DNA of 64,000 bases from Chloroflexota bacterium (GTDB lineage: Bacteria; Chloroflexota; Chloroflexia; QHBQ01): positions 1 to 64,000 of the forward strand of contig JAYUUN010000113.1 in assembly GCA_043754535.1 (NCBI GenBank), in the 5' to 3' direction. Under the pieces are notes generated by a model that had not been told where the DNA came from, searched no databases, and saw only the letters and a list, made by a program, of their open reading frames with translations. Position numbers and translations under genes: made by a program. How positions within the stretch are numbered: the first letter of the stretch is position 1; every line of letters begins with the position of its first letter. Positions 38,101-47,205 of this stretch are shown here, in pieces.

Positions 38101-38465
38101 CTCTCGTACTTGCTGACTGCGCCTTCACTGCGTAGGCTGCCGAGGGCGGTGGTGACGGCGGGCTGCGTGCGCGCGGCTACTTCAGTCAACTTGTTGTAGA
38201 CGTAGTAGCCCTTCTCGCTCCAGTTGAGGGGGCTGATCTCGTTGCTGGTGTCGGCCTGCTCGCTGAGGATCGCCAGGTAGGGCAGCGAGTCGGCGGCCTC
38301 GGTCATCATCATCTGGCGCAAACGCGGCTCGATCTTCTGATCCAACACCGCCTGACTGACCTTCGGGCCACTCAGGGGGCTACTAGCCTGGGCCTGGAAG
38401 CTGCCAAGCAGCATGGCAACCAGGGCCACGACACTGATCAATAGGGGGAACTGCTTACGGTTCAT
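35148..38465 (-). CDS. Secreted S8 subtilase (bacillopeptidase F-like) with carboxypeptidase-regulatory-like domains and SLH anchor
   Basis: Signal peptide; triad GDIDDG / HGTHTAG / SGTSMAGPH; oxyanion SNGN; C-terminal SLH; ATG after AAAAGGAG. Confidence 0.93.
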   Translation of the reverse strand: MNRKQFPLLISVVALVAMLLGSFQAQASSPLSGPKVSQAVLDQKIEPRLRQMMMTEAADSLPYLAILSEQADTSNEISPLNWSEKGYYVYNKLTEVAARTQPAVTTALGSLRSEGAVSKYESFYIVNAIAVTGKASSIYSLAARSDVRYIQSMHHYTIEPLVVAKDAPLVGPEPGLTRIGAPSVWAQGYLGQGITVGDIDDGQQYDHPALVNQYRGTTVLPGHDYNWLDAVYGVQVPLDYGSHGTHTAGTIVGDDGAGNQIGVAPKANWIGCAGLADFGGTSNELLKCAQFMLAPTKRDGTAARPELRPQVVNNSWGSDDGTDEGFRQAVPQWINAGIFPNFSNGNNGPGAGTVGSPASYPESFGVGASGNTNDNIASFSSRGPSPIDGSIKPQLAAPGTNVRSSIPPNGYGNLSGTSMAGPHNTGAVALLLSKNRGLTVQQLKNVLTSTAYFTTAMGTRPNNNYGWGRLDVLAAANSISSTNGTIVGRVVAGNTGNGIAAARLTLLGSALPSSAVDATGYYTMVLPAGNYSLYAKEWGYAGQTANLTVTVGTTLTQNFTLPIDLPTNIQGRLIYNGLPITGTFYAPETPLQPITGTTFNLTLPNTENFVMVARPENNCLRPVTVTINTASPAIYTFTTTIKQDTTGYTCQAVAYNWISATNVIASWVGYRFPARDDGWYAAALPFAFDLYGSQHYTVGISTNGYLQFSGNPSWVEGGGHIPVPYLPNDALYPYWLDLTLVNTGDVYTSVVGTAPNRKYVVEWRNVQKFNSDGSLTFEAILDEATSNITYQYNTLNNGNGRANSLYTVGLENGSGTDGFEFSYGIYNAVTNSTAIQFTNPLPRIATPTVTTIPPTSTPTVTGTATVTGTATVTGTVTVIDPATMTGTVTVTGTATMTGTVTITGTATATAPPCDINFTDVLTSNLFYSDIRFLACRGVVSGANGLFRPNANASRGEFAKITTIGFGLPPFSPTSTTFVDVPTTNLFYQYIEAAAAAGVVNGLSAAQCAALGTPGTCYGPNVQISRVQVVVIVQRARNYVIFTPDNPTFRDVPVNAFGYAAVETLVSRGIINGAPCGTSLCFRPNDNIKRGELSKVVRRAIETLDR
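35745..35895 (-). repeat. Imperfect tandem repeat encoding a (TVTGTA)n linker
   Basis: About 18-bp units; TVTGTATVTGTATVTGTVTV...TMTGTVTVTGTATMTGT. Confidence 0.8.
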
Positions 38466-38528
38466 ACAGACTCCTTTTCTCTCTAGCACACCAATCTTCG
38501 ACCCGACCTGCCGGGTCGGGGTTGCTTT

Positions 38529-38557
38529 AGTGTATCACCTATTTATATCTATGTCAA
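38529..38557 (-). promoter_or_regulatory. sigma70 promoter of the active subtilase
   Basis: TTGACA-17-TACACT, followed by a CCCGACC/GGTCGGG hairpin in the leader. Confidence 0.75.
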
Positions 38558-38617
38558 AGCTTGAGCGATCTCTGGGTTAGCAGCGGCAGCCAGCGGGTCG
38601 CCCCACCCCGAACCGCG

Positions 38618-41600
38618 TCAGGGAATCTCTATCGCCCGCCGCACTACCTTCGACAGTTCGCCGCGGCGGATGTTGTCGTTGGGGCGGAAGCAGGTGGCTG
38701 GGCCGCAGGCTCCTCCGTTGATGATGCCGAGGTGGGCCAGGGTCTCCACCGCTGCATAGCCGAAGGCGGTGGTCGGCAGGTCAGCGAAGGTGGCATTGGC
38801 GGGGGTGTAGCTGGCGTAGTTCTTCACCCGCTGCACGATCACCCCCACCTGTACTCGACTGATGTTGACATTGGGGCCGTAGCAAGGGGTTTGTACGCCG
38901 AGGGCTACACACTGGCTGGCCGCCAGGCCGTTGACCGCGCCAGCGTGGTTGGCTGCCTCAACGTAGCGGTAGAAGACGCTGCCGCTGCCAACATCGCGGA
39001 AGGTTGGCGCAGCGGGTGTGTACGCAGCGATGCCAAAGCCAAGAACGGCGATCTTGGCGAACTGGCCGCGACTGGTCGGGCTGTTCGGCTGGAAGGTGCC
39101 GCCAGGGAAGCCGCCGATTACCCCGCGACAGGCCAGGAACTGGATGTCGCTGTAGAACAGGTAGCTGGGCGGCACGTCGCTGAAGCTGATGGTGCAAGCG
39201 GTAGCGGTCGCTGTGGCGGTGCTACCGGGCGGCACCGTTGCGCTGGCAGTTGCCGTTGATGTGCTAGCAGGTGGCACGGTTGCGCTGCCCGACGGGGTGG
39301 CAGTCGCGGCACTGCTGACAGTATAGCGCACCAGCAGTTCACTGCTCAAGGCTGCCTGATTGTAGCTGTAGAGCAAGCCCGTGCTGCCACCCTGCGCCTC
39401 GATGCCAACTGTCGCGCTGCTGCCGTTGCCGTCAATGCCGCTGAGCGCGAGATACTGAGCCGAGATCGCGTTCGTCCCCTCGTCCAAGATCAGTTCAAAG
39501 CTGTACTCGCCATAGGGTTGCGGGCCGTAATGTTGCGCCCGCCACCACTCGACCACGAAGCGGCGGTTGGGGGCTACGCCAAGTACGCTGGTGTAGATGC
39601 GCCCCTGCTGCTGGAAGGTGAGGTCGTCCCAGAAGCCGTAGATGGCATTGTTGGGGGCGGCAGCGTTGGGGATACGTGTATTAAGCGGGTCGGTGATCGG
39701 CAGGCCGAAGCTGATCATGCCATTGGTGGAGACGTAGGCAGTCTGCTGGCTCTGGCCGTAGAAGCTGAAGGCGAAGGGCAGCGCAACCTGGGCGTAGCCG
39801 TCGTCGCTGGCATTGGGGGTCAGCACGTTGCTGGCGGTGATCCAGGTCGCAGGGGCATCGTCGCGGCAGCCATAGCCGAAGGAGTCGCGCCGCTGGTTGA
39901 GCAGGATGTCAACCACTGCTGGGTTCGGCAAGCTGACGCTACGTTCGCCGTAGCTGAGGCAGCGGTCGTCTGGCAAGTAACGGATAGTGTAGGTACCTTG
40001 CGGCAGGCTGAGGCTGAAGTTGCCGTTGCTGGCAGTGCCAGTGTAGCTACTACCTGCGACGCTGACCAGACCCGCTGCTGGCCCAGTCGGGCCGAACGCT
40101 GTCCCGCTCACGGTGTAGAGTTGCGAGGCTGCCAGGCTGAAGTCCTGGGTAGCTGTTACCCCCACACTGGCCGTGACGCTGATCCCCTGCGCTATGTAAC
40201 CAAAGCTGCTTACGCTGAGGCTGTAGTTGCCAGTAGCAAGGGCTATGGTGTAGTAGCCGCTAGCGTCGGTACCAGTGGTGTAGCTACCGCTGCCGCTAGC
40301 CCGCACTGCCGCATTCAGCCCGCCGCCAGCCGCTGTCACCCGCCCGACCAGCACGCCACCGGGAGCCGGGATCGCAGCGTAGGCGGCTAGCACGTCCAGC
40401 CGCCCCCAGCCGTAGAGGGGGCTGGGTTGCAAACCCCACTCTGCGCTGAAGTGGGCGGTGGTGGTGAGCGCATAACTGGCCTGGGCCAGGCTGATCGCCG
40501 GGTTGCGGCTGAACAACAAGGCTGCCGCACCCGCCAGATGCGCCGCTGCACTGCCGGTGCCGTTGGTCGTCCGATAGCCGCTGGGGTCGCAGAGCAGGCA
40601 GGAACCGACTGGCACACTGCTCCGCACCCCCACTCCCGGCGCGCTAACCTCTGGCTTCGGCCCGGCCAGGCCCGGCCCAGCACAACTAAAATCGGCGATG
40701 CGGTCTTCGCTGTTGGTCGCGCCAACCGCCAGGCTCTCTGCGTAGCTACCAGGCGCAGCGATAGCACAGGCTGGCTGCGCGAAGTCGTTGTCGCCAGCGG
40801 GGGCGATCACCAACACGCCTGCGTTGGTCAGGCTCTGCACCGCAGCCCTGTACGTGCTGTCGTTGCCATCCTGCACGAACCAGGAGTTCAGCAGCACTCT
40901 TGGGCGCAGGGCAGGGTTGGGGCTGCCACCCACGACGGTGGTGGGGGCTAGCATCCATTGCAGGCAGGCGAGGATCGCAGGGTCGCTGCCCAGGCCAGTC
41001 GCGTCGAAGGCCCGGCAGGCAATCCAGTTGGCGGCGGGTGCCACCCCCACCTGGTTGGCTAGCCCGCTCTCCTCACCGACCGCCAGCCCTGCGCTGTGGG
41101 TGCCATGCCCGTTGTCGTCCAGCGGGGCGGGGGCGTTAGTGAGGGGGTCGAACCAGTTGTAGTCGTTACCCGGCAACAGGGTTGCGCCCCTATACTGGCG
41201 GCTGAGGGCCGGGTGGCTGGCGGCTACCCCACTGTCCAGCACGCCGACGGTTGCCCCCGCCCCGCGGTCGCCAGCCGCCCACACCTGAGGCGCGTTGATG
41301 ATGTCGAGGTTCCAGCCAGTGGCGGCTGGCGACAGGCTCCGCTGCCGCTGCGCGAAGGTGGGGTCTGCTTGCAGGCGGGCTGTATTGCTTGCGCTGATCC
41401 GCAGCACCGCCGGGTTGCTGGCTAGCTGGTCGATAGCAGCACGGCTGCCTTCGACGTAGAAGCCGTTGACGATCCAGTAGGCTCGGTAGCTGCTAACTTC
41501 CCCCTGCGCCTGCAATGCCGCTAGCTGGCTGGCGACGGCTGGTTGGAGGCTGGTAGCGGCGGCGCGCAGGCGGTCGTAGACGTAGCCGCCCTGCGCTGCA

Positions 41601-41845
41601 AAGCCCGCCTGCTGGTTGCGGCTGTCTGCCTGGGCCAACCATACGAAGGCGGGGATGGCGGACGAGGCTGCCAGTTTGGGGTCAGCTAGCTGTGCGCTGA
41701 GGCGGCTGTCCAGGGCGGCGTGGTAGACTGGGGCAGACGATTGCCACTCCGATTTGGCGGCGGTTACGTTGTTGAGGGAGAGGGTGCCAGCTAGCAAGGC
41801 GACAACAGCGATCAGGGGGAAGACACGACTTTTCATCTGCGCCAC
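38618..41845 (-). CDS. S8 subtilase paralog with SLH anchor, catalytic Ser substituted (probable pseudoprotease)
   Basis: VLDSG and HGTHSAG present, but GTSMA reads GTGSA and AGN reads AGD; same domain layout as its neighbour. Confidence 0.88.
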   Translation of the reverse strand: MAQMKSRVFPLIAVVALLAGTLSLNNVTAAKSEWQSSAPVYHAALDSRLSAQLADPKLAASSAIPAFVWLAQADSRNQQAGFAAQGGYVYDRLRAAATSLQPAVASQLAALQAQGEVSSYRAYWIVNGFYVEGSRAAIDQLASNPAVLRISASNTARLQADPTFAQRQRSLSPAATGWNLDIINAPQVWAAGDRGAGATVGVLDSGVAASHPALSRQYRGATLLPGNDYNWFDPLTNAPAPLDDNGHGTHSAGLAVGEESGLANQVGVAPAANWIACRAFDATGLGSDPAILACLQWMLAPTTVVGGSPNPALRPRVLLNSWFVQDGNDSTYRAAVQSLTNAGVLVIAPAGDNDFAQPACAIAAPGSYAESLAVGATNSEDRIADFSCAGPGLAGPKPEVSAPGVGVRSSVPVGSCLLCDPSGYRTTNGTGSAAAHLAGAAALLFSRNPAISLAQASYALTTTAHFSAEWGLQPSPLYGWGRLDVLAAYAAIPAPGGVLVGRVTAAGGGLNAAVRASGSGSYTTGTDASGYYTIALATGNYSLSVSSFGYIAQGISVTASVGVTATQDFSLAASQLYTVSGTAFGPTGPAAGLVSVAGSSYTGTASNGNFSLSLPQGTYTIRYLPDDRCLSYGERSVSLPNPAVVDILLNQRRDSFGYGCRDDAPATWITASNVLTPNASDDGYAQVALPFAFSFYGQSQQTAYVSTNGMISFGLPITDPLNTRIPNAAAPNNAIYGFWDDLTFQQQGRIYTSVLGVAPNRRFVVEWWRAQHYGPQPYGEYSFELILDEGTNAISAQYLALSGIDGNGSSATVGIEAQGGSTGLLYSYNQAALSSELLVRYTVSSAATATPSGSATVPPASTSTATASATVPPGSTATATATACTISFSDVPPSYLFYSDIQFLACRGVIGGFPGGTFQPNSPTSRGQFAKIAVLGFGIAAYTPAAPTFRDVGSGSVFYRYVEAANHAGAVNGLAASQCVALGVQTPCYGPNVNISRVQVGVIVQRVKNYASYTPANATFADLPTTAFGYAAVETLAHLGIINGGACGPATCFRPNDNIRRGELSKVVRRAIEIP

Positions 41846-41884
41846 ATCCTTTCAGCTACTTTGTTCGGTAGTTCAGGCAGGGGC

Positions 41885-41913
41885 AGTGTAGCATCCGCCT
41901 GCCGCTATGTCAA
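41885..41913 (-). promoter_or_regulatory. sigma70 promoter of the subtilase paralog
   Basis: TTGACA-17-TACACT. Confidence 0.75.
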
Positions 41914-42061
41914 CGGTTAAGCCTCGATTTCGCTGCGGCTCATCTGGTGGCAGCCACTCATCTGCTAAGCTCCCTAGTTCTTATAGAAGTAAGAGGCGCG
42001 ACCCGTACGGATCACGCCCCTATCCTGGCTTGCTTCCTTGCTTCCTTGCTCCCCAGCCGCC

Positions 42062-44089
42062 TTACTTCGCCATGTTCTTCAGGGCGGTGTAGGCAGGCCG
42101 AGGAGAATAGTCGGGGTAGAGGACAGCCCAGGGGTACTTCTCGTCGGTGGAGGGCAGGCCTATAGTCTGGAAGTTGAGGTTCCAGACGCACATCACACCC
42201 ATCCAGGGGTAGTCGTTGACCCCCTTCTGGTAGGCCCGCACGAGATAGTCACCCTGCTTCTGCTCGGAGATCAGCTTGCCGTACTCGTAGCCGGGTGCGT
42301 CGGTGGCGGTCGGCCAACCAAACTCGGTCAGCCACATCTGCTTGGCGGAGTCGCCGTTCTGCTCCATCACGGCGCGTAGCTGCTCGACGCGGCGGAAGTA
42401 GAAGCTGGGGTCGTTGCGCCAGCAGTCCCGCGAGTCCATGTAAGGTGGCACGCAGGTACCGTCCCCCGGCTGGTCAGGGTAGAGTTGGTCAGGGCTGTTG
42501 CCCGCCCCAGCACCGTGTGCGCCCAGCGCGTCAAAGTATTGGCGAATCTCGCCATTGTTGATCGCGTAAATCTGGCGCAGGTAGGTCACGTCGTCAATCG
42601 CCAGGCCGGGGTCGTTCACCCCGGTTGGGGTCAGCGCGCCAAAGATGACGACGGCGCGGCGGTCGGCCCACTTTACACCCCAGTAGCCGTAGCGTAGTAT
42701 CTCGAAGTATTGGGCCGCATTGACTGCCCCACTATTCTCGACTCGGTAGTTCTCCTCGTTCCAGACTTCGTAGGCAGAGACCAGCCCCTTGTAGTGTGTG
42801 GTGATCTGGTACATGAAGTTGCCCATGTCGGTCGGGTCGTCGGGCATCCCTCCCTTGTCCTGCGCCCTCGTCGCCCAGTCGGGGGACTTGGCGATGCTGA
42901 GGATTACCTTGATCCCCTTCGCGTTGGCCGAGTTGACGATCTCATCAAGCTGCGACCAGGCGTACTTGCCCTTCTGCCCCTCGATGTCGCGCCAGGCTAC
43001 CTGCTGCTTGACCCAGCCAAAACCAGCATCCTTCACAATGTCCAACACGCGGTCGCGGTCAGTGTAGTAGAGTTGGGTGTTGAAGCCGTAGCCGACGTGT
43101 GGCCCCTGCAATGGGTGGTTGACCGAGGAGCCGCGCGCCGAGTACCGCCACTCCTTGTAGTGCGCTCCCACGTTGCCCATCTGCACCTTGAAACCAACAG
43201 GGGCGGAGGGAACGTAAGTCAGGACGCGCCGCTCGTAGGTTTGGATCAACACGTCGGCAGGCTGCCCCGCGATGATCACCCGCGCCCAGTATGCCTCGCT
43301 GATCGGCAGGCCAGTGGTGTAGAACCAGGGGCTACTTAGCTGCTGATTAACGGTGCGCCCGCTCGCGTCCTGCACCGGGCCAACCAGATTGAGGAAGTCC
43401 CAGAAGGCGCGGGGGATGTTGTGCTGGGTTGTGGGGTCGTAATACACCACGTCCACCGTGTTGCCGTAGCCGCTCTTGCTGGGGTCGCTGCCGACCGCGC
43501 CAGCCTTGTTGATAGTCAGGGTGGCCTTCTGGCCGACGAGGTTCTGCGCGGTCGCACCGTCCCCGCCGATGCTAGCCACCGCCTTGAAGCTGCGGTAGGT
43601 GGGGGCGTTGCCGTCGGTCAGGTCGCTGGCGAGCGGGATGTCGGCGGGTGAGCGCAGTTGGAACTCGTTGTCGCCGATCTGCATCTTGCCGCTGATCAAC
43701 TCCTCGGCTAGTAGACCGTTGGTTACGAAGAAGGGGTTGCCCCGGTCGCCATTCGGGTCGTTCACTTCCATGCGGCTCTTGTCGAAGTACTGCACCAGGT
43801 GAACCTGGCTACCATCCTTCGCGTCCTTGTAAGTCTCTCCCGTGCTGTAGATCGGGGCTGGCCCCCAGTAGAAGCTGCGCCTGACTGCGCCGCTGGCAAC
43901 CAGGTTGTCAGTCCGCTTCCAGGTGGCCTGGAAGTTGGCATCGGCAAAAGCAAGGGCGGTACTCTGCGCGGCCTGGGCGACCGGCCTGGCAAGTGGGGCG
44001 GCCTGGGTCGGCACGAGGCTGCTGACCAGCATTAGCGCGACAGCCAGCAGGCTCAACGCGGCGGTGAGTTGGTTACGAGCGATCTTCAA
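42062..44089 (-). CDS. Secreted clan-A glycoside hydrolase (GH5/GH39-like) with Chloroflexota surface domain
   Basis: Signal peptide; W.RTD..V, VQYFDKSRME, GLPISEAYW; YEVWNE and WLTEFGW. Confidence 0.85.
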   Translation of the reverse strand: MKIARNQLTAALSLLAVALMLVSSLVPTQAAPLARPVAQAAQSTALAFADANFQATWKRTDNLVASGAVRRSFYWGPAPIYSTGETYKDAKDGSQVHLVQYFDKSRMEVNDPNGDRGNPFFVTNGLLAEELISGKMQIGDNEFQLRSPADIPLASDLTDGNAPTYRSFKAVASIGGDGATAQNLVGQKATLTINKAGAVGSDPSKSGYGNTVDVVYYDPTTQHNIPRAFWDFLNLVGPVQDASGRTVNQQLSSPWFYTTGLPISEAYWARVIIAGQPADVLIQTYERRVLTYVPSAPVGFKVQMGNVGAHYKEWRYSARGSSVNHPLQGPHVGYGFNTQLYYTDRDRVLDIVKDAGFGWVKQQVAWRDIEGQKGKYAWSQLDEIVNSANAKGIKVILSIAKSPDWATRAQDKGGMPDDPTDMGNFMYQITTHYKGLVSAYEVWNEENYRVENSGAVNAAQYFEILRYGYWGVKWADRRAVVIFGALTPTGVNDPGLAIDDVTYLRQIYAINNGEIRQYFDALGAHGAGAGNSPDQLYPDQPGDGTCVPPYMDSRDCWRNDPSFYFRRVEQLRAVMEQNGDSAKQMWLTEFGWPTATDAPGYEYGKLISEQKQGDYLVRAYQKGVNDYPWMGVMCVWNLNFQTIGLPSTDEKYPWAVLYPDYSPRPAYTALKNMAK

Positions 44090-44255
44090 ATTACTCTCCT
44101 TCTATATACACGAACAAACAGGGGGTACAACCGCGTACCCGCCCTAGTATAAAGGACTGGCGGGGCGGTTCGCAAGCACATTGCGGTGAGGTTAGTATTA
44201 CCGTCTCGCATGGTGCTTGCACATATGCAACGAACGGCGGGGCTGGAGGTTTCGG

Positions 44256-45965
44256 CTACTCTGCGCTGCGGACACGCCCATAGTTGAGGTCGCGCTGACC
44301 GACTGGCATTGGCAACCCCTGTACCTCCATGGGCAAGGCGGCAGCAGCAGAACTGGTAAGCGTGCGTGCGCTGGCCTGCACGCTGTAGCGGCCAGCGGTG
44401 GCCGTGCGCCCGTTCAAGCCGTGGCCGTCCCAGGCGATACTATGGTCTCCACTATCGCGCCGTACCCCGCGCAAGAGGGTAGCGACCACGTAGCCCTGCT
44501 CGTCCACCACCTTGAGGGTGACGCTGGCAGCGCGGGAAAGCGAGTAGGTGATCAGAATGCGTTCACTGCCAGGGCCGAGGGCTGGGCGGTCGGCCCACAG
44601 CTTGAGGCTGACAGAGCCGAGCCAGCCACCGAATAGCACCCACATCCCCACCAGTGCGCCGAGGATTAGCAGGGCGGTGGGGATGTTGGTAGGCACGCTG
44701 GGGTTGTTGGAGGCCGTCTCGTAGCGCAGGGTTTGCTGCATAGTGCTGACGTTGCCAGCCAGGTCTTCGGCCCGAATCTCCAGCGTGTTCACCCCAGCCG
44801 CCAGCGTCACTGGGAAGGCGAAGGTGCCAGTATTGTCCACCGTTTGCGGCTGGTTGTTGACGCTCAGCTTGACTCCCGGCTCGGTGCGCCCATAAATCTG
44901 CACCTGGGTGTCATGCAGCACCGTGCCATCAGCCACACTCTCCACGCGCACGGCGGGTGGGCTGGTCTTGAGGTTGATGCGCCGTTCCAGGCGGGCGACG
45001 TTGTTCACCGCGTCGGTCGCCTCCACCTTTACCGCGTTGCGCCCCTCGGCGGCTAGCAGCACGTCTACGCTGAAGCTGCCGTCGGGGAGGGGATTGGTCT
45101 CGGTGCCATTCACCTTCACGCTGCTGCCTGGGTCAACCTTACCCTCGATAGTCAGTTGTCGCTTGTTGGTCCAGACTCCCTCAAGCGGAGCAGTGATCGT
45201 GATCGCGGGTGGGCGATCCAGCAAGCTGACGTTGCGTTCGATCACCGCGATGTTGCCAGCGCGGTCTTGCACGTTCAGCTTGAACTGGTTGTCGCCATGC
45301 ACAAGCTGGCGGCGCAGGCTGAAGGTGCCATTCTCGGCGGAGAGTTGGTCAGCGGGATCGTCCAGCCAGACCAACGCCCCCTGCTCAGTCGTCCCCTCAA
45401 TTTTGAGGTCAGCAGACTTGGTTTTGAGGCCGTCGGGCAGGTTAGCGAGGTTCACCCCCGGTGCTTTGGTGTCTACCGTGACGGCGGCAGAGCCTGCAAT
45501 CTGCCCATCGGTGCCGCTCATCGCCCCCGCCCTGACCTCGACGTTGTACTGGCCGTCGGGGACGAGCGAACCGCTGTCGTCCAGCCCATCCCAGGTCAGC
45601 CAGTGGTCGCCGTCGCTCTGCTGCTGCTGGCTAGCCAGCTTGCGTACCGCCTGGCCGTTGGCATTGATCACGTTCGCGTCTATCTTCGCCGCCTCGGATA
45701 GCTTGTAATTGACGACCACGTTCTTCGGCAGATTAGCGGCGGGGTTGGCAGCAGGGTTGGCGGCGGGCGAAAAGACGGAGCGTTGCGGCTTCACCTCGAT
45801 GCGTGGGCGGGTTAGCCATTGCAGGGGAAAGAGGAAGACGAGCAGCAGCACCACGCCACCAATCAGCAAGCGGGTGAGCATGGTATTGCCACCCAGTGCG
45901 CCAAGTACGCCCTGATTGCTGTTCACCTGTCGGCGATTCTGGTTGCTGCGCTGTTGCAAGCTCAT
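44256..45965 (-). CDS. Two-TM protein with FlgD-type Ig domains and tandem bacterial Ig-like repeats
   Basis: TM; WDGLDDSG..VPDGQY (FlgD_ig); three Ig repeats (D.AGN); TM; second WDG..G....GRY domain. Start uncertain (45965 or 46001). Confidence 0.75.
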   Translation of the reverse strand: MSLQQRSNQNRRQVNSNQGVLGALGGNTMLTRLLIGGVVLLLVFLFPLQWLTRPRIEVKPQRSVFSPAANPAANPAANLPKNVVVNYKLSEAAKIDANVINANGQAVRKLASQQQQSDGDHWLTWDGLDDSGSLVPDGQYNVEVRAGAMSGTDGQIAGSAAVTVDTKAPGVNLANLPDGLKTKSADLKIEGTTEQGALVWLDDPADQLSAENGTFSLRRQLVHGDNQFKLNVQDRAGNIAVIERNVSLLDRPPAITITAPLEGVWTNKRQLTIEGKVDPGSSVKVNGTETNPLPDGSFSVDVLLAAEGRNAVKVEATDAVNNVARLERRINLKTSPPAVRVESVADGTVLHDTQVQIYGRTEPGVKLSVNNQPQTVDNTGTFAFPVTLAAGVNTLEIRAEDLAGNVSTMQQTLRYETASNNPSVPTNIPTALLILGALVGMWVLFGGWLGSVSLKLWADRPALGPGSERILITYSLSRAASVTLKVVDEQGYVVATLLRGVRRDSGDHSIAWDGHGLNGRTATAGRYSVQASARTLTSSAAAALPMEVQGLPMPVGQRDLNYGRVRSAE

Positions 45966-46007
45966 CTTCTTCCTCGCGCCACTTCCAGCGGCGATTTCCA
46001 CTCTGGG

Positions 46008-47144
46008 CTAATCTATCTCGATCATTATAACACGTTCGTCACTACTTTGGGCCTTGAGTGCCTGCTTCTGGGGCTGGCTGGCGGGGCGATCTAGCTGGGT
46101 GGTGGGTGGAGCAACCCGCACCGGCTGCGGGGCAGCGGCAGGCTGCTTCGGTTTGGCGATGCTGCCCGTCCTGCTGATGCCGAAGTCGGCCCCGCGCAAG
46201 CCGAGTACCGCTACCGGCTGACGCAGGTACCAGAGCAGCAGCCAGCAGCCGAGGGCGACCAGGGCTGAGCTTGCCGCTGCCAGACCGTAAGCCGCGAGGT
46301 CGGTTTGCACGCCGGTGAGCGGCTGGTTGAGCAGGGCGGGCAGGTAGCTGAGACCGAGAACGAGGATTGCCACCCCCAGCAGCAGCGGCATGATCGCCCG
46401 CCAACCGATTTGCTCGACGGCGAACAGGGTATCGCCCTTCTGTGGCTGGCTGAAGGAGAACTGCGCCCGCGCTTCTGCCCGCTGCGCCCCCACATCGGCC
46501 AGCAACCCGACGAGATAGCCAGCGGCAGCCCAGGCGGCGAGTTGCAAGATGTTGGCGAGCAGGCCGACGGAGCCAGGGAAGAAGGGGGCAATGATGTTCG
46601 CCACTGTGCCGAACGAACCAGCATTGCCGAAGCGCGTTCGTAGCGCGTCCACTCCCTGCGGCGTGTTCGCCCCCGGCCCATAACTGAAACTAGCGAGCAA
46701 GGTTAGCCAGAGCCGCGCTCCTAGCCCCGCAACCAGCCCCGCCCGCTTGCTGATAATCAGACCACAAAGGAGGGGCGCGAGGAAGCCGAGGCCGTAGCCG
46801 ATCAGCAGCGGACTGGCCGCCACCAGGATCGCCACCCAGATGTGGCGCACCACCCAGCCGAGCGGGATGACCGTCACTGCCAGGAACAGGGCGCAGAGGT
46901 AGGGAGAGACCATCAACAGTGGATAAGCCAGGCTACCCACCGCGAAGGCGTAGCCCCAAGGGGTCGCCAACGTCCCAGCGACGAACACTGCCAGTGGCAC
47001 CACCATCTGCCACTCGGCGGGGTAGAGGACTAGCAGCCCACTGAGGTAGACCAGCCCAGCTAGTGCGCCTGCGCTGGCTAGCCTGCCAATGACGAGTTCG
47101 TGTTTTTGGTAAACGCTAGTGACCACAGTGGTTACCTGCTCCAA
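46008..47144 (-). CDS. Polytopic membrane protein of unknown function
   Basis: About 8-9 hydrophobic segments; Pro/Gln tail ending VIMIEID. Confidence 0.7.
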   Translation of the reverse strand: MEQVTTVVTSVYQKHELVIGRLASAGALAGLVYLSGLLVLYPAEWQMVVPLAVFVAGTLATPWGYAFAVGSLAYPLLMVSPYLCALFLAVTVIPLGWVVRHIWVAILVAASPLLIGYGLGFLAPLLCGLIISKRAGLVAGLGARLWLTLLASFSYGPGANTPQGVDALRTRFGNAGSFGTVANIIAPFFPGSVGLLANILQLAAWAAAGYLVGLLADVGAQRAEARAQFSFSQPQKGDTLFAVEQIGWRAIMPLLLGVAILVLGLSYLPALLNQPLTGVQTDLAAYGLAAASSALVALGCWLLLWYLRQPVAVLGLRGADFGISRTGSIAKPKQPAAAPQPVRVAPPTTQLDRPASQPQKQALKAQSSDERVIMIEID

Positions 47145-47205
47145 AATCTACTGCTGCTTGGTTAATGAAGGTACTGTCCCTTCTTCAAAAGCCCAGCTAT
47201 CATAC

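Noticed and set aside
44256..45965. Flagellar hook-capping gene flgD
   Set aside because: Only the generic FlgD-type Ig domain is present, and there are no flagellar genes around it.
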